DNA from: Pseudomonadota bacterium
Lineage (GTDB): Bacteria; Pseudomonadota; Alphaproteobacteria; Paracaedibacterales; CAIOTO01
Direction of reading: 5' to 3'
NCBI GenBank assembly: GCA_040387495.1
Contig: JAZKDQ010000006.1
Span: forward strand, 49,391-113,390
Length of the DNA stretch: 64,000 nucleotides
Shown: positions 1-9,515 of the stretch, in pieces
How the letters are laid out: each line of letters begins with the position of its first letter
How positions within the stretch are numbered: position 1 is the stretch's first letter
Position numbers and translations under genes: made by a program
The notes under the pieces: generated by a model
What the model was told of the DNA's origin: nothing
The model's input: only the letters and a program-made list of their open reading frames with translations
Database searches by the model: none

Positions 1-209
1 GACATTAATGACGGCGTACCTCCGCCAAAGAAGATGCTACACAACGTGCGCGGCTCCATCAGGTCGCGCGTTCGGGTCATTTCACGGATGATCGCATCAA
101 TCCACATGTCTTCTGTAATTGTACGAAGGACATGGCTATTAAAATCGCAATATGGACATTTTGATTCGCAAAATGGCCAGTGAATGTAGAGAGAAAAGGT
201 AGGTATCAT
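1..209 (-). CDS. hemW: Radical SAM heme chaperone / HemN-like oxygen-independent coproporphyrinogen oxidase family, N-terminal part (gene runs off the window)
   Basis: Not in the ORF track. Reverse-strand translation from ATG at 209-207 gives MIPTFSLYIHWPFCESKCPYCDFNSHV...SIFFGGGTPSLMS. It carries the CxxxCxxC radical-SAM motif plus the GGGTPS motif typical of HemW/HemN-like proteins. Confidence 0.8.
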   Translation of the reverse strand, partial: MIPTFSLYIHWPFCESKCPYCDFNSHVLRTITEDMWIDAIIREMTRTRDLMEPRTLCSIFFGGGTPSLM

Positions 210-401
210 GTTGGTATTATATCTTTTTCTGGAATACGCTACATCATAAGGAAAAGGTGCGTAATTAGCAAACACCTGTGTAATTGCAAAATTTGAAAGT
301 CCGAGTATGCGGCAAAATAAGATAGATAAAGATTTATCCACTCATATTCTGATAAGCTAGATTATACATTTATACATCCACATTTAAAAACGGTATTCCA
401 C

Positions 402-1199
402 ATGTCCCTCATCGCCCTCACGCATCGCACTATTATCGAACTTACAGGCGAGGACACCATTGCCTTTTTGCAAGGTCAAACCACAAATGACATGACCAAA
501 TTGGTGCACGGCGCATGCCTTTATACTGTGTTTTTGAATTCCCAAGGGAAATTCATGAATGATGCCTTTGCGATCATGCCAACAGCTGATCATGTGTGGC
601 TTGACATTGAAGCTGAACATGCCATCACTTTACTTAAAAAACTGAATATGTATAAATTGCGGTCAAAGGTAACGCTTGCACTACGCGTTGATATTGCTGT
701 GTATGCATCCTTTGATGCGCCAACTGTTGATGGAAGTGATGCTTTAATCATGCAAGATCCACGCACTGCAGAAATGGGATATCGTGTTTATACCACAACG
801 AAACAGCAATCATGCACAGACCTCACAGCTTATGACAAACAGCGCATCCCTTTGTGTATTCCTGATGGTGCGCGAGATGTGCCGTATGAACGTGGATTTA
901 TTATGGAATATGGTTTTGACCGGTTAAATGCGATTGATTTCCAAAAAGGGTGCTATGTCGGACAAGAGTTAACAGCGCGTATGCATTATCGAAAACTCGG
1001 CAAACGACAACTGGTTTGCGTGAAATTTGAAATGGATACACCCGAAAGCGGAACTGATCTCACACACGATGGGCTTAGTGTTGGCACGCTTCGTTCCACA
1101 TGCAGGCAGCTTGCACTTGCACATATAAAAACAGAAGCACTCGACATAACCAACACGTTCATGGCAGATGGCCATGTGATGAAAATTTATACACCATAG
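402..1199 (+). CDS. ygfZ: YgfZ/GcvT-like folate-binding protein (Fe-S cluster repair / tRNA modification associated)
   Basis: 265-aa ORF. The C-terminal KGCYVGQELTARMHYR motif is the YgfZ family signature. Confidence 0.8.
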   Translation: MSLIALTHRTIIELTGEDTIAFLQGQTTNDMTKLVHGACLYTVFLNSQGKFMNDAFAIMPTADHVWLDIEAEHAITLLKKLNMYKLRSKVTLALRVDIAVYASFDAPTVDGSDALIMQDPRTAEMGYRVYTTTKQQSCTDLTAYDKQRIPLCIPDGARDVPYERGFIMEYGFDRLNAIDFQKGCYVGQELTARMHYRKLGKRQLVCVKFEMDTPESGTDLTHDGLSVGTLRSTCRQLALAHIKTEALDITNTFMADGHVMKIYTP

Positions 1200-1596
1200 A
1201 ATTGAGTTACCCGTCAAATCATTTCACAAACTACTTCAGCCCGGCACAGCATAATGATGGGAATTTTATGTATTTAATTCCTCTGGATGGTCAATTTTTT
1301 TCATAAAAAGAGATGAGCTAAAAAGCTTGTCTAACAGGCATGTCGCACCCATTCACATAAGACAGCAAGGTCAAATTATCAAAAGCTGAGCATTATAGCT
1401 GCCTATATAATTTTCAAACGAGCCTTCGATAGAGAATTCATAAAAATAGAATAAAATACATGAATAAACAAAATCAATTTGTAAATGAGAAAATATATAT
1501 TATTTTTCAAACAACAACACTTGATTTTATTAGAGACCATCCCCATATTGTAGAATGTGGAATGAGAATGCATCACTAATAAGGAGAAAGCTCTAC

Positions 1597-3552
1597 ATGA
1601 TCAAATTGTTACTCACATTAATTTCTGTCGCTGTTTATATTACATCACCACTTTGTGCTGCTGCTGATTCCGAACTTGAAGACTACCAGAACCACTTAGA
1701 ACTTTGGAAAACTGAAATAGAACCAGATCAAACACGGGTAGAACAAGCCGGCGCAATTATTGCGCAAGGCGCAAATCTAGCAGGACAAATAGGGGGCGGA
1801 TGTTATCATTGGTATAATGCAAGTACTAAAGAAAAAGCCGAGTTATGCTCTGAATTCGGCTTACAAATGTTGCGTTCAATTATTTCTGCACCTGTTGATT
1901 TTATAAACCATAGTCCATGCACGTTAACTTTAATTGCATTTAGCCATTTATATAAAGCACAAAATAAATTATCAGCATCAGAGTTTGCATATACTTTTTT
2001 ATGTATTCAAACGCTTATCTTTGTGGTCAATATCTTCGAAAGATTTTGCTCAGTAACAGAGCGAATAGATTTTTTCTCTCAATGGAATCCTATTGATGAA
2101 GATAAATATTCAGCACTTCATGCAAGTGATGTTAATGCTAATGCAAACCCTCTCGTCAAAGGATTTTCTGTTGATACTAATAAGAAAACATTATCTTTAC
2201 ATAAACGGAGTGTCATTAAAAAAATTGCAAGCTTAAAATTTAAAAGAACTATCTTACTAAACAAAGATAACAAAGCTCATCAAGCGGTGCTTGATTCAGC
2301 CTCTCACCGTAGAGAAACTGGAAAGTTAAGAGTCATCGGTCAGCCTATAAATTATATTTCATGTGTAATGCCATTCATGGAAAACCGCTATCCAAATATC
2401 TTTATTATATTCCAAAAAATAAATGGACAGGCACACACTGATTTAGATAATACATTTATTATTGATTTAGAACGAAAAATTAATAACATTGGAAATCCAG
2501 CATTTGTTACTGCACCTAATTTTAGCCAACTAAGTCCCACTGAAAAAGATAATTTAACGACAGAATTAAAAACACGTATATACAATGCACCTACTGAATA
2601 TCAACGTTATTTAGCTAAAAACTGGACTGCATTTATCACTGGTCTAGATAAGGATTGTTCTCAAACAAATGTAAAAAAATGCCTAACTGAGTTTATCGAT
2701 ACCGAGCTTGATACGGCTTACTATGATACCCATACAGACGAAATTAACATCATGAGAACAAAATATAAAGTTCGCAACTTAACCGAGGCAGAGAAAAAAA
2801 GAACGGCGCGTAAACATTCCACACTATTACGTGGACGAAACTATTTTACGGATTTGAGCACGAATGAAGAGACATCTGTTCGTATAGATGGGCAAAAAGA
2901 AAAAGAATTAAAGCTAATTGAAACATATAATCGTGATGTTCTTGTTGATCTATTCTTAAATCAATGCCACAAAATGGTAGAGAAAGCAGAAGCTGACGCC
3001 GACATCACTGAGTGGGAGCGTGTTGCAGAAAATACTGATGATGTCCCTGTTGCGGATTATATTCATAAGTATTTAAGTATGTTAAAAATAGATGAAAATG
3101 ACATCGAAGCAAAAGTTTGTAATTTTATGAATAAACATCTTTTTCTCAGTGAAGATATTTCTCGTGAATATACTTTTGATTATAGTAACAAATTACAATT
3201 TTTACGCCACTTATTTGAAGATGACATGAATAACATCCAGTTGGGTGCAGATACCATAGCGTTTCAAGAGCTTATTGATCAAAAAAGTTTGTCAAATCAA
3301 GGTATTGGATTTGAAGAGTTGAAGAGGGAATATGCGCAAAAGAATCAAGAGGACCAATCACCAATAGGATTATGGAATTTTATTCAGGGAAAGAAGCGAG
3401 ATCTTTATTTGCAAGTGTCTGAAGAAGACTTTATGGATGCTTATTTAAATGAGGTGCTTTATCACCAAAGTTTTTCAGATGAACTTGCTAATCCATTACT
3501 GTATGAGTACAAAAATTCTCTTGATAGTGTCCCTTTTATTATTGAAGATTAA
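1597..3552 (+). CDS. Hypothetical secreted protein, 651 aa, no recognisable domain
   Basis: ORF track 1555..3552. Preferred start is ATG 1597, preceded by AAGGAG at 1581-1586. The N-terminus MIKLLLTLISVAVYITSPLCAAADS looks like a signal peptide. The gene is visibly AT-richer than neighbouring core genes. Confidence 0.6.
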   Translation: MIKLLLTLISVAVYITSPLCAAADSELEDYQNHLELWKTEIEPDQTRVEQAGAIIAQGANLAGQIGGGCYHWYNASTKEKAELCSEFGLQMLRSIISAPVDFINHSPCTLTLIAFSHLYKAQNKLSASEFAYTFLCIQTLIFVVNIFERFCSVTERIDFFSQWNPIDEDKYSALHASDVNANANPLVKGFSVDTNKKTLSLHKRSVIKKIASLKFKRTILLNKDNKAHQAVLDSASHRRETGKLRVIGQPINYISCVMPFMENRYPNIFIIFQKINGQAHTDLDNTFIIDLERKINNIGNPAFVTAPNFSQLSPTEKDNLTTELKTRIYNAPTEYQRYLAKNWTAFITGLDKDCSQTNVKKCLTEFIDTELDTAYYDTHTDEINIMRTKYKVRNLTEAEKKRTARKHSTLLRGRNYFTDLSTNEETSVRIDGQKEKELKLIETYNRDVLVDLFLNQCHKMVEKAEADADITEWERVAENTDDVPVADYIHKYLSMLKIDENDIEAKVCNFMNKHLFLSEDISREYTFDYSNKLQFLRHLFEDDMNNIQLGADTIAFQELIDQKSLSNQGIGFEELKREYAQKNQEDQSPIGLWNFIQGKKRDLYLQVSEEDFMDAYLNEVLYHQSFSDELANPLLYEYKNSLDSVPFIIED

Positions 3553-3710
3553 TTACATGCTATTTATTCAAAAAAAAAAGAGTAGACAATCCGAATTGCA
3601 AATGGTATAAGCATACAGTATTCTTTTGATTCCTTTATAAGAAAAACTTAAAATACCTAAACCGTGCGCGATAAAAAAATATTTGCTAGAAATATAAAAA
3701 ACAGAAAGCC

Positions 3711-4217
3711 GTGAGAATGAATTTAAACTACGCCTTCTTTACTGCCACAATCGCTATGATTTTATCAGTGAATACTGCTACCAGTAATTTAATCCAGCAT
3801 GAAAATTATACAAAGTCAGATTTCAGAGACAGTGCAACTTATGTGTTTCTTGAAAGATTCAAAGCAGATGACTCTTTGCCTACGGTAGTTCCTGCAATTA
3901 AGGCTGCTAGCGTTGTGCATTCTGGTGATGCTGATCTTAACACAGCTCCACGTAAGTACACAAAAGCTGACTTCAGAAAAGCTGCAGATTATACATTTGT
4001 CGAAAATTTCAAAGCAGATGATTCTTTGCATCATGTAGAAAAAAGTGTTCCACAAGAACCAAAAAGGACCTGGCCCAGCTATATTGAAACAAAAGCGTCA
4101 GAAGGCTTGACTTACATATATAATTCCACAAAGAACGCATTTGGATCAGCTATGAGTTGGGGATCAAAATTATCTGCAAATCTATCTAGATACATTTCTG
4201 CCACATCATGGTTCTAA
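3711..4217 (+). CDS. Hypothetical secreted protein with an internal duplicated module of about 30 aa
   Basis: 168-aa ORF (GTG 3711 or ATG 3717) with a hydrophobic N-terminus. It contains two copies of Y-T-K-[SA]-D-F-R-x-[SA]-A-x-Y-x-F-[LV]-E-x-F-K-A-D-D-S-L. A good terminator follows. Confidence 0.55.
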   Translation: MRMNLNYAFFTATIAMILSVNTATSNLIQHENYTKSDFRDSATYVFLERFKADDSLPTVVPAIKAASVVHSGDADLNTAPRKYTKADFRKAADYTFVENFKADDSLHHVEKSVPQEPKRTWPSYIETKASEGLTYIYNSTKNAFGSAMSWGSKLSANLSRYISATSWF

Positions 4218-4240
4218 CGTATTAATTTACCATCCTACAT

Positions 4241-4276
4241 GCCGGCTTGAATTTCAACATTTAAGCCGGTTTTTTT
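4241..4276 (+). terminator. Rho-independent terminator between convergent genes
   Basis: GCCGGCTT - 14-nt loop - AAGCCGGT stem-loop followed by a T-run, 24 nt after the stop at 4217. Confidence 0.65.
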
Positions 4277-4311
4277 ATCCTTATGCATTAGTTCATGAAT
4301 ACGTCCTTCTT

Positions 4312-6606
4312 TTACCCCTTCAAATACGATAGCAAACTCAATTCGTGGCTTCCAATCGTTACCCCTAAGGTTCCAGTTGTTTCTTCATGCAAGAATTGTT
4401 TATACACCATAAAGTTTTCTAACACGCGCTGTACGTAATTTCGTGTTTCCGCATATGGAATGCATTCGATCCAGTGCACAATATCAACATCTGGTAGCCG
4501 AGGGTCTCCATAATCCCTGATCCATTCGCTCACAGGCTTTGGTCCTGCGTTATAGGCTGCAAGACTAAGAACTAAACTACCATTATAGTTGTCGAGCAGA
4601 CTCTCAATATGTGACGTTCCAAGTGTAATGTTTTGATTTTTTTCATACAAATTCATTTTTGAAGAAAGATTGATTCCAAACCGTTTAATTGCACGTGCTT
4701 CTTCCTTAGCTGTTGCTGGAGTTAATTGCATCATCCCGCGCGCATTAGCTGAACTAAGTGCATATTCATCAAATCCACTTTCACGACGAATAATAGCATG
4801 TGAAAGCGGCATCAAAAGGCTTCCAAATCGACTTTTAGGTACGATGCGACTCACAGTAGATTTTCTTGTTTCTGCACGCAGCAGCGGATAAGCTACTCTA
4901 AATGTCATATGCTTTTTCTTAGCAAGTAATATTGCATAGGCTTCGCCTTTTTTCTCTTTTGCCAAATCAAATACTTGTCGCTGAAATGCAAGCGTTTGAC
5001 TGATTTTAAGCAACGCAAAAAAGAAAGAATCGCAATTGTGACCTTTTCTTGCCTCTGAAACAGACCTGATAACCTGCACGAGTTCTAAATTCTCGAAAGC
5101 CGCTTTTTCTGCTGGAGGCACAGTTACTTCCAACACCGCCTTAAAGGACACATTTTTAATTATTGGGTGTTGATCTTTTAGCTTAGCATTGGCAATTTGG
5201 CTCGCAGCCATTTGACCATAAAATGTTGTCGAATAGGTACTTGCTTCAAGAAACGCTTTTTTTGCTTCACTTAGTTGATTAAGTTTCAAATAAGATTCCC
5301 CAATCCAATAATGCACCCGAGATTTACTAATTGCTTCCTTTACAACGGTTTCAATACCTTTAAAAACACCTAAAGCCTTTTCTGGCTTATTCGCATAATT
5401 AAGGGCAAGCCACCCTGTCATGCAATGTGCATGTGCGCATTCTTCACCGCACCGTATTTCTCCAAAATGTTTTTCTTTATTAATCTTAAAACCATGCTTC
5501 TTAACTAACGTATATGCATCTATTGGACGCTTTGCATCCATCATTCGGCGCGCAAGCAGATTCCTTTCTTTCCAGAAAACGCTCGCATGTTGCTCTTCAT
5601 CTAGAAATGTATTGTTAATAAAAAGCTGAACCGCAGCTTCTGTTCCCTCAGGTGTTTTGAGCTGCCGATAATATCGGATTAATTCAAAAATAACGCCTTC
5701 ATTATTACCAGCTTTACTAATAAGTTTTTGCGCTCGCGCAGCCGCATCTGATTTTTTAGCCAACAAATCAAGGCGCAATGAAATACGTTCTTTTTCATCC
5801 GGAGTTAAATACCCAAGCAAAGCCGTTGCATCTCTACTATGCTTTGTATAAAGTAAATTGCTTGCATGTAAATATGCCCATAAAAAAGGTAAGTATTGTT
5901 TATAATTGACAAGCTGAACAATAATATCGGTTGGTATTGGAAAAGAAACGAGCAACTTATAGAACTCTTGCTTTGCTTGATCAATTTTCCCTTTTACAAG
6001 CAATGCCTTCGCGTAATAAAACTGCCCCTTTCCAGTTTTTGGGTGATAGCGATCAAAAAATTCAATCACTTGACCTGCAGCCACAGGATCCGCACCTGGG
6101 TCTTCCAATACATTCTCAGCTTTTTCACATAGCACTGATTGTTTTGGCCAGGTAGGATGCTGCTCAATGAATGTGACTATTTCAATAAATGTAGCCGTCC
6201 CTAACAATAAATGTCTCCATTGATCAAAAAAAGCTTTTGCATCAATTCGCACATTTGCTATTGGTGTTGCTATTGCTGACTGAGCTGTAGGCACAGGCAC
6301 TGCTGTTGGTGCCGACGCGACTGGTATTAACGGCGTTATTGCGGGCACAACTACTGACGATGCTTTATTTGAATTTTCTGGTGCAACCAGTGCTAGTGTA
6401 CTCGAAAGTATGGCGGGCACATTTATTTGTGTTATAGTGGGCGTCATAAATGTTGGTGCACTTTGCTTGATGGCGGCAGGGGCCACAACTTGCGCTCCTT
6501 GTGCAGCTGGCATTACTGACGTCATAATATCAGCTTTAGCCATTACACAAAACCAACACATAATAAAGAGATAACAAAAAAACAAACGAAGCAACACATC
6601 TTTCAA
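4312..6606 (-). CDS. slt: Soluble lytic murein transglycosylase (Slt70-like) with an Ala/Pro/Val-rich N-terminal extension
   Basis: 764-aa ORF. The C-terminal SLT domain carries the motifs ESGFD...GMMQLTPATA...AYNAGP. A long superhelical middle region is typical of Slt70. Confidence 0.85.
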   Translation of the reverse strand: MKDVLLRLFFCYLFIMCWFCVMAKADIMTSVMPAAQGAQVVAPAAIKQSAPTFMTPTITQINVPAILSSTLALVAPENSNKASSVVVPAITPLIPVASAPTAVPVPTAQSAIATPIANVRIDAKAFFDQWRHLLLGTATFIEIVTFIEQHPTWPKQSVLCEKAENVLEDPGADPVAAGQVIEFFDRYHPKTGKGQFYYAKALLVKGKIDQAKQEFYKLLVSFPIPTDIIVQLVNYKQYLPFLWAYLHASNLLYTKHSRDATALLGYLTPDEKERISLRLDLLAKKSDAAARAQKLISKAGNNEGVIFELIRYYRQLKTPEGTEAAVQLFINNTFLDEEQHASVFWKERNLLARRMMDAKRPIDAYTLVKKHGFKINKEKHFGEIRCGEECAHAHCMTGWLALNYANKPEKALGVFKGIETVVKEAISKSRVHYWIGESYLKLNQLSEAKKAFLEASTYSTTFYGQMAASQIANAKLKDQHPIIKNVSFKAVLEVTVPPAEKAAFENLELVQVIRSVSEARKGHNCDSFFFALLKISQTLAFQRQVFDLAKEKKGEAYAILLAKKKHMTFRVAYPLLRAETRKSTVSRIVPKSRFGSLLMPLSHAIIRRESGFDEYALSSANARGMMQLTPATAKEEARAIKRFGINLSSKMNLYEKNQNITLGTSHIESLLDNYNGSLVLSLAAYNAGPKPVSEWIRDYGDPRLPDVDIVHWIECIPYAETRNYVQRVLENFMVYKQFLHEETTGTLGVTIGSHELSLLSYLKG

Positions 6607-6620
6607 GGAGCATTTCCCTT

Positions 6621-7505
6621 ATGCTAAAAGGTTCAATTGTAGCACTTATAACGCCATTTCGTTCTAATCAAATAGATGTCGTGGCCTTAAAACGCCTTTT
6701 AGAATGGCACCTATCTCAAGGCACCGATGGTATTGTTGTATGCGGCACAACAGGAGAAGCAGCCATGCTCACCCCAGAAGAACGTACCCTTATAATAAGC
6801 ATAGCTGTATCTGTACTAAAAGGTAAAGTACCTGTTATTGTTGGCTGCGGCACTTCGTCAACGGCTCAAACATTGACATTTATGCAAGAAGCCGAAACAT
6901 TAGGTGCCGATACCACACTTGTTGTAGCTCCTTATTATGTAAAGCCATCGCAACATGGAATTATCGAACACTTTAAAACTTTACATGAACATACACGGCT
7001 TCCCATTATCGTATACAATAACCCTGGGCGTGTTGGGGTAAATATCGAAATTGAAACAACAGTAAGGCTTTGTGAAATGCCGCGCATACTTGGTTTTAAA
7101 GACTCTCATTCTGACCCAACGCGTATTGCGGCATTAAGACTCGCTGTCGGAAATAAAATGTCTTTGCTTTCAGGTGAAGATAGCATTGCTTCCGCGCACA
7201 TGTTGTATGGTGCAGATGGTGCTATTTCCGTCTTAGGAAACGTTGTGCCTAACTTGTACAAACGCCTTATGAATGCATGGAAAACACACGATATTCAGGC
7301 ATTTACAAAGCTAACATTTGAATTGCATCCATTATGCACAGCTATTTCTGCCGAGACAAATCCATGCACAATTAAGTATGCTGTTTCTAAAATAGGTTAT
7401 TGCACAGCGGATGTACGCTTACCACTAACGCCTATTCGTCCTGAAACAGAAAAACGCATTGATGCAGCACTTACAACATTGAATAAAATGCCGAAAACGG
7501 CCTAG
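6621..7505 (+). CDS. dapA: 4-hydroxy-tetrahydrodipicolinate synthase
   Basis: 294 aa. It has the motifs GTDGIVVCGTTGE, YNNPGR and APYYVKP characteristic of DapA. Confidence 0.9.
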   Translation: MLKGSIVALITPFRSNQIDVVALKRLLEWHLSQGTDGIVVCGTTGEAAMLTPEERTLIISIAVSVLKGKVPVIVGCGTSSTAQTLTFMQEAETLGADTTLVVAPYYVKPSQHGIIEHFKTLHEHTRLPIIVYNNPGRVGVNIEIETTVRLCEMPRILGFKDSHSDPTRIAALRLAVGNKMSLLSGEDSIASAHMLYGADGAISVLGNVVPNLYKRLMNAWKTHDIQAFTKLTFELHPLCTAISAETNPCTIKYAVSKIGYCTADVRLPLTPIRPETEKRIDAALTTLNKMPKTA

Positions 7506-7520
7506 ATTAAGAGAACCAAT

Positions 7521-8012
7521 ATGAGTAAAGACAAAGACACAGACAATTACAAAGTTGTCGCACAAAACAAACGTGCACGCTTTGACTATGATCTAATCGA
7601 AATTATCGAGGCTGGGATCATGCTGAAAGGCAGTGAAGTTAAGTCTTTACGACTTGGCAAGAGCAGCATTAACGAAGCCTATATTGGCGAAATGACAGAA
7701 GAAGGTGCGGATCATTGTGGCCTTTATTTGATCAATGCAACCATATCCGAATATGCACAAGCAAATAGTTTTGGTCACGCCGAAAAACGTCCGCGATGTC
7801 TGCTTGTACGAAAACGGCAAATGAATAAGTTTTTAGGTTCCATCCGAAAAAAAGGAATGACTGTTGTTCCATTGCGCCTTTATTTCAATGGAAAAGGCAT
7901 TGCAAAGTTAGAAATTGCGTTGGCAAAAGGACGCCAAACACATGACAAACGCGCCGCCATTAAAGACCGTGATTGGGGCCGTGAAAAAGCACGTGTACTA
8001 AAGGGAGAATAA
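7521..8012 (+). CDS. smpB: SsrA-binding protein
   Basis: 163 aa. It has NKRARFDY...GSEVKSLR...AYI and a basic C-terminal tail, as in canonical SmpB. Confidence 0.9.
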   Translation: MSKDKDTDNYKVVAQNKRARFDYDLIEIIEAGIMLKGSEVKSLRLGKSSINEAYIGEMTEEGADHCGLYLINATISEYAQANSFGHAEKRPRCLLVRKRQMNKFLGSIRKKGMTVVPLRLYFNGKGIAKLEIALAKGRQTHDKRAAIKDRDWGREKARVLKGE

Positions 8013-8017
8013 GAAAC

Positions 8018-8879
8018 GCCCATTCAACATTGAAACACACCACTAGGAAACTCCTGGTTAATGACTTAAGAATCTCTCTGCTGGTGTTTCAAAATTTAAA
8101 CTAAAATGTGGTCTATTATTGAGTCCTTTCTCAACTTCTATAACCTGATCTTGCGTTAGCATAGTGAAGTTTGTTCCTTTTGGAAACTATTGCCGAACAA
8201 GACCATTTGTATGTTCATTCAAGCCACGTTCCCATGCATGATATGGTTTAGCAAAATAGAACAGTGCATTTAACGATTTGCTCACCTGCTCATGATCTGA
8301 AAACTCTTTCCCATTATCCGCTGTTAACGTATGAATCATTGCATGAATATGCTTTAAACGTCGAATGATGACTTCGCTAGCCGCGTGTGCCGTTGCTCTT
8401 GGAACAAGTTCAAGTCCAGCATGTTTGTCTTTTCAAAGCAAACGATAGATGCTTTTATGGCTGATCTTAATGCCGCTCTTTTAAGAGTCTGCCTGAAATT
8501 TGCACAGGACTTGATTGAGAATGGGTTAAGTGCCATTTGATTTTTTCAATGACTCCTGGCGTCAGTTTTCGTTTAACGCCACTGGCCTTGCTTTTCCTGT
8601 TTAATGTCTCTGCGTGGGCGTGTTGATAACGATAACCTCGTTTACCCTGGTTACGATTAATTTCTCATATGATGGTGGATGGCAGACCTGTAATTGCTTT
8701 GCTATGAAACGTTTTGACTTTCTACTTTTCAAAAGTCCATAAATCTGCATCTTTCATCTTGGATCAAATGCGTGCCGATTGCTCGATTCATGACAATCTC
8801 CTTTTTGCGATAGAGATCAGCTTAAATACACTTGACTTTTTTGTTATCCCCTAGTGGTGCGTTTCAATGTTGAATGGGC
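8018..8879 (-). mobile_element. Degenerate IS30-family insertion sequence (internally deleted, frameshifted), termini intact
   Basis: 30-bp terminal inverted repeats GCCCATTCAACATTGAAAC[A/G]CACCACTAGG lie at 8018-8047 and 8850-8879 (1 mismatch). GAAAC is present on both outer flanks (8013-8017, 8880-8884). The interior encodes IS30-type transposase pieces. Confidence 0.8.
8058..8791 (-). pseudogene. IS30-family transposase pseudogene
   Basis: Reverse-strand translation across several frames gives ...ISREINRNQGKRGYRYQHA...KLTPGVIEKIKWHL...SPVQISGRL... and ...TADNGKEFSDHEQVSKSLNALFYFAKPYHAWERGLNEHTNGLVRQ*FPKGTNF...NNRP.... It has multiple frameshifts and stops. The segment that should carry the first catalytic D is missing. 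Confidence 0.75.
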
Positions 8880-9293
8880 GAAACCTTTAATGAAATTACA
8901 CAAGGATTAGATTCAGGAACAAACTTTGCACATGTTTTACCTAAAAAAATAAGGGCATATTTGCAAGCTCAGGGTCAGGCAGAAATTCCTGCCGCCCCTG
9001 ATAATTTTCGTGCACCCACTCCTTCTCCATCTCAAGAAAGACATCTATCTCCTGCTCCACAGCCTAGAGCAGTAGAATATACATATATTGATGCAGGTGG
9101 AAATGTTAACTTAAATGGCAGAACCGTCGCTATGCAGTCCGTAAGAAATTATTACCTTGAAAATGAGATGAAAATTGAATCTGGGGTAAAAAATGCTCTT
9201 ACAAATTTATTTCCTACAGGCACAAATCAAACTGAAAGATCTAATGTAGAACTAGAAATACGACCTTATTTAAAAATAATTGGGATTGTTTAA
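8874..9293 (+). CDS. Orphan ORF, 139 aa, whose ATG lies inside the IS30 right inverted repeat
   Basis: ORF track only. No recognisable domain. It has a Pro/Ser-rich N-terminal third. The start codon (8874-8876) is part of the IS terminal repeat. Confidence 0.3.
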   Translation: MGETFNEITQGLDSGTNFAHVLPKKIRAYLQAQGQAEIPAAPDNFRAPTPSPSQERHLSPAPQPRAVEYTYIDAGGNVNLNGRTVAMQSVRNYYLENEMKIESGVKNALTNLFPTGTNQTERSNVELEIRPYLKIIGIV

Positions 9294-9392
9294 GAACTAA
9301 AAACCTCAAGATAGTACTAATGCTCTCTCAAATATAAAATAAGTTCGCATTTGTCATGGAGAGACCCGCAGGGCATATGAAACCAAAAAGTA

Positions 9393-9515
9393 CATGGATC
9401 ATCTGGTCAGGGTAGATAAAAACTACAAGAACACTACCAACTTCCCTTTGGCTTGACCAAAGGGTCCATGCGTGGGGCGATAAGTACATGGGTCCGCGTG
9501 TCAAGCACGAAGAAA
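9393..9515. repeat. Modular intergenic hairpin repeat, copy A
   Basis: CCCTTTGG-CTTGA-CCAAAGGG hairpin at 9444-9464. CGTG-TCAAG-CACG hairpin at about 9496-9508, followed by GAAGAAAAC. The same modules recur at 40111-40182, 15166-15300 (inverted) and 60929-61023. Confidence 0.55.

Noticed and set aside
6606-6621. Only 14 bp between the divergent slt and dapA start codons
   Set aside because: This is probably an overextended slt ORF, since internal Met codons a few residues downstream give an equally good signal peptide. It is not a regulatory oddity.
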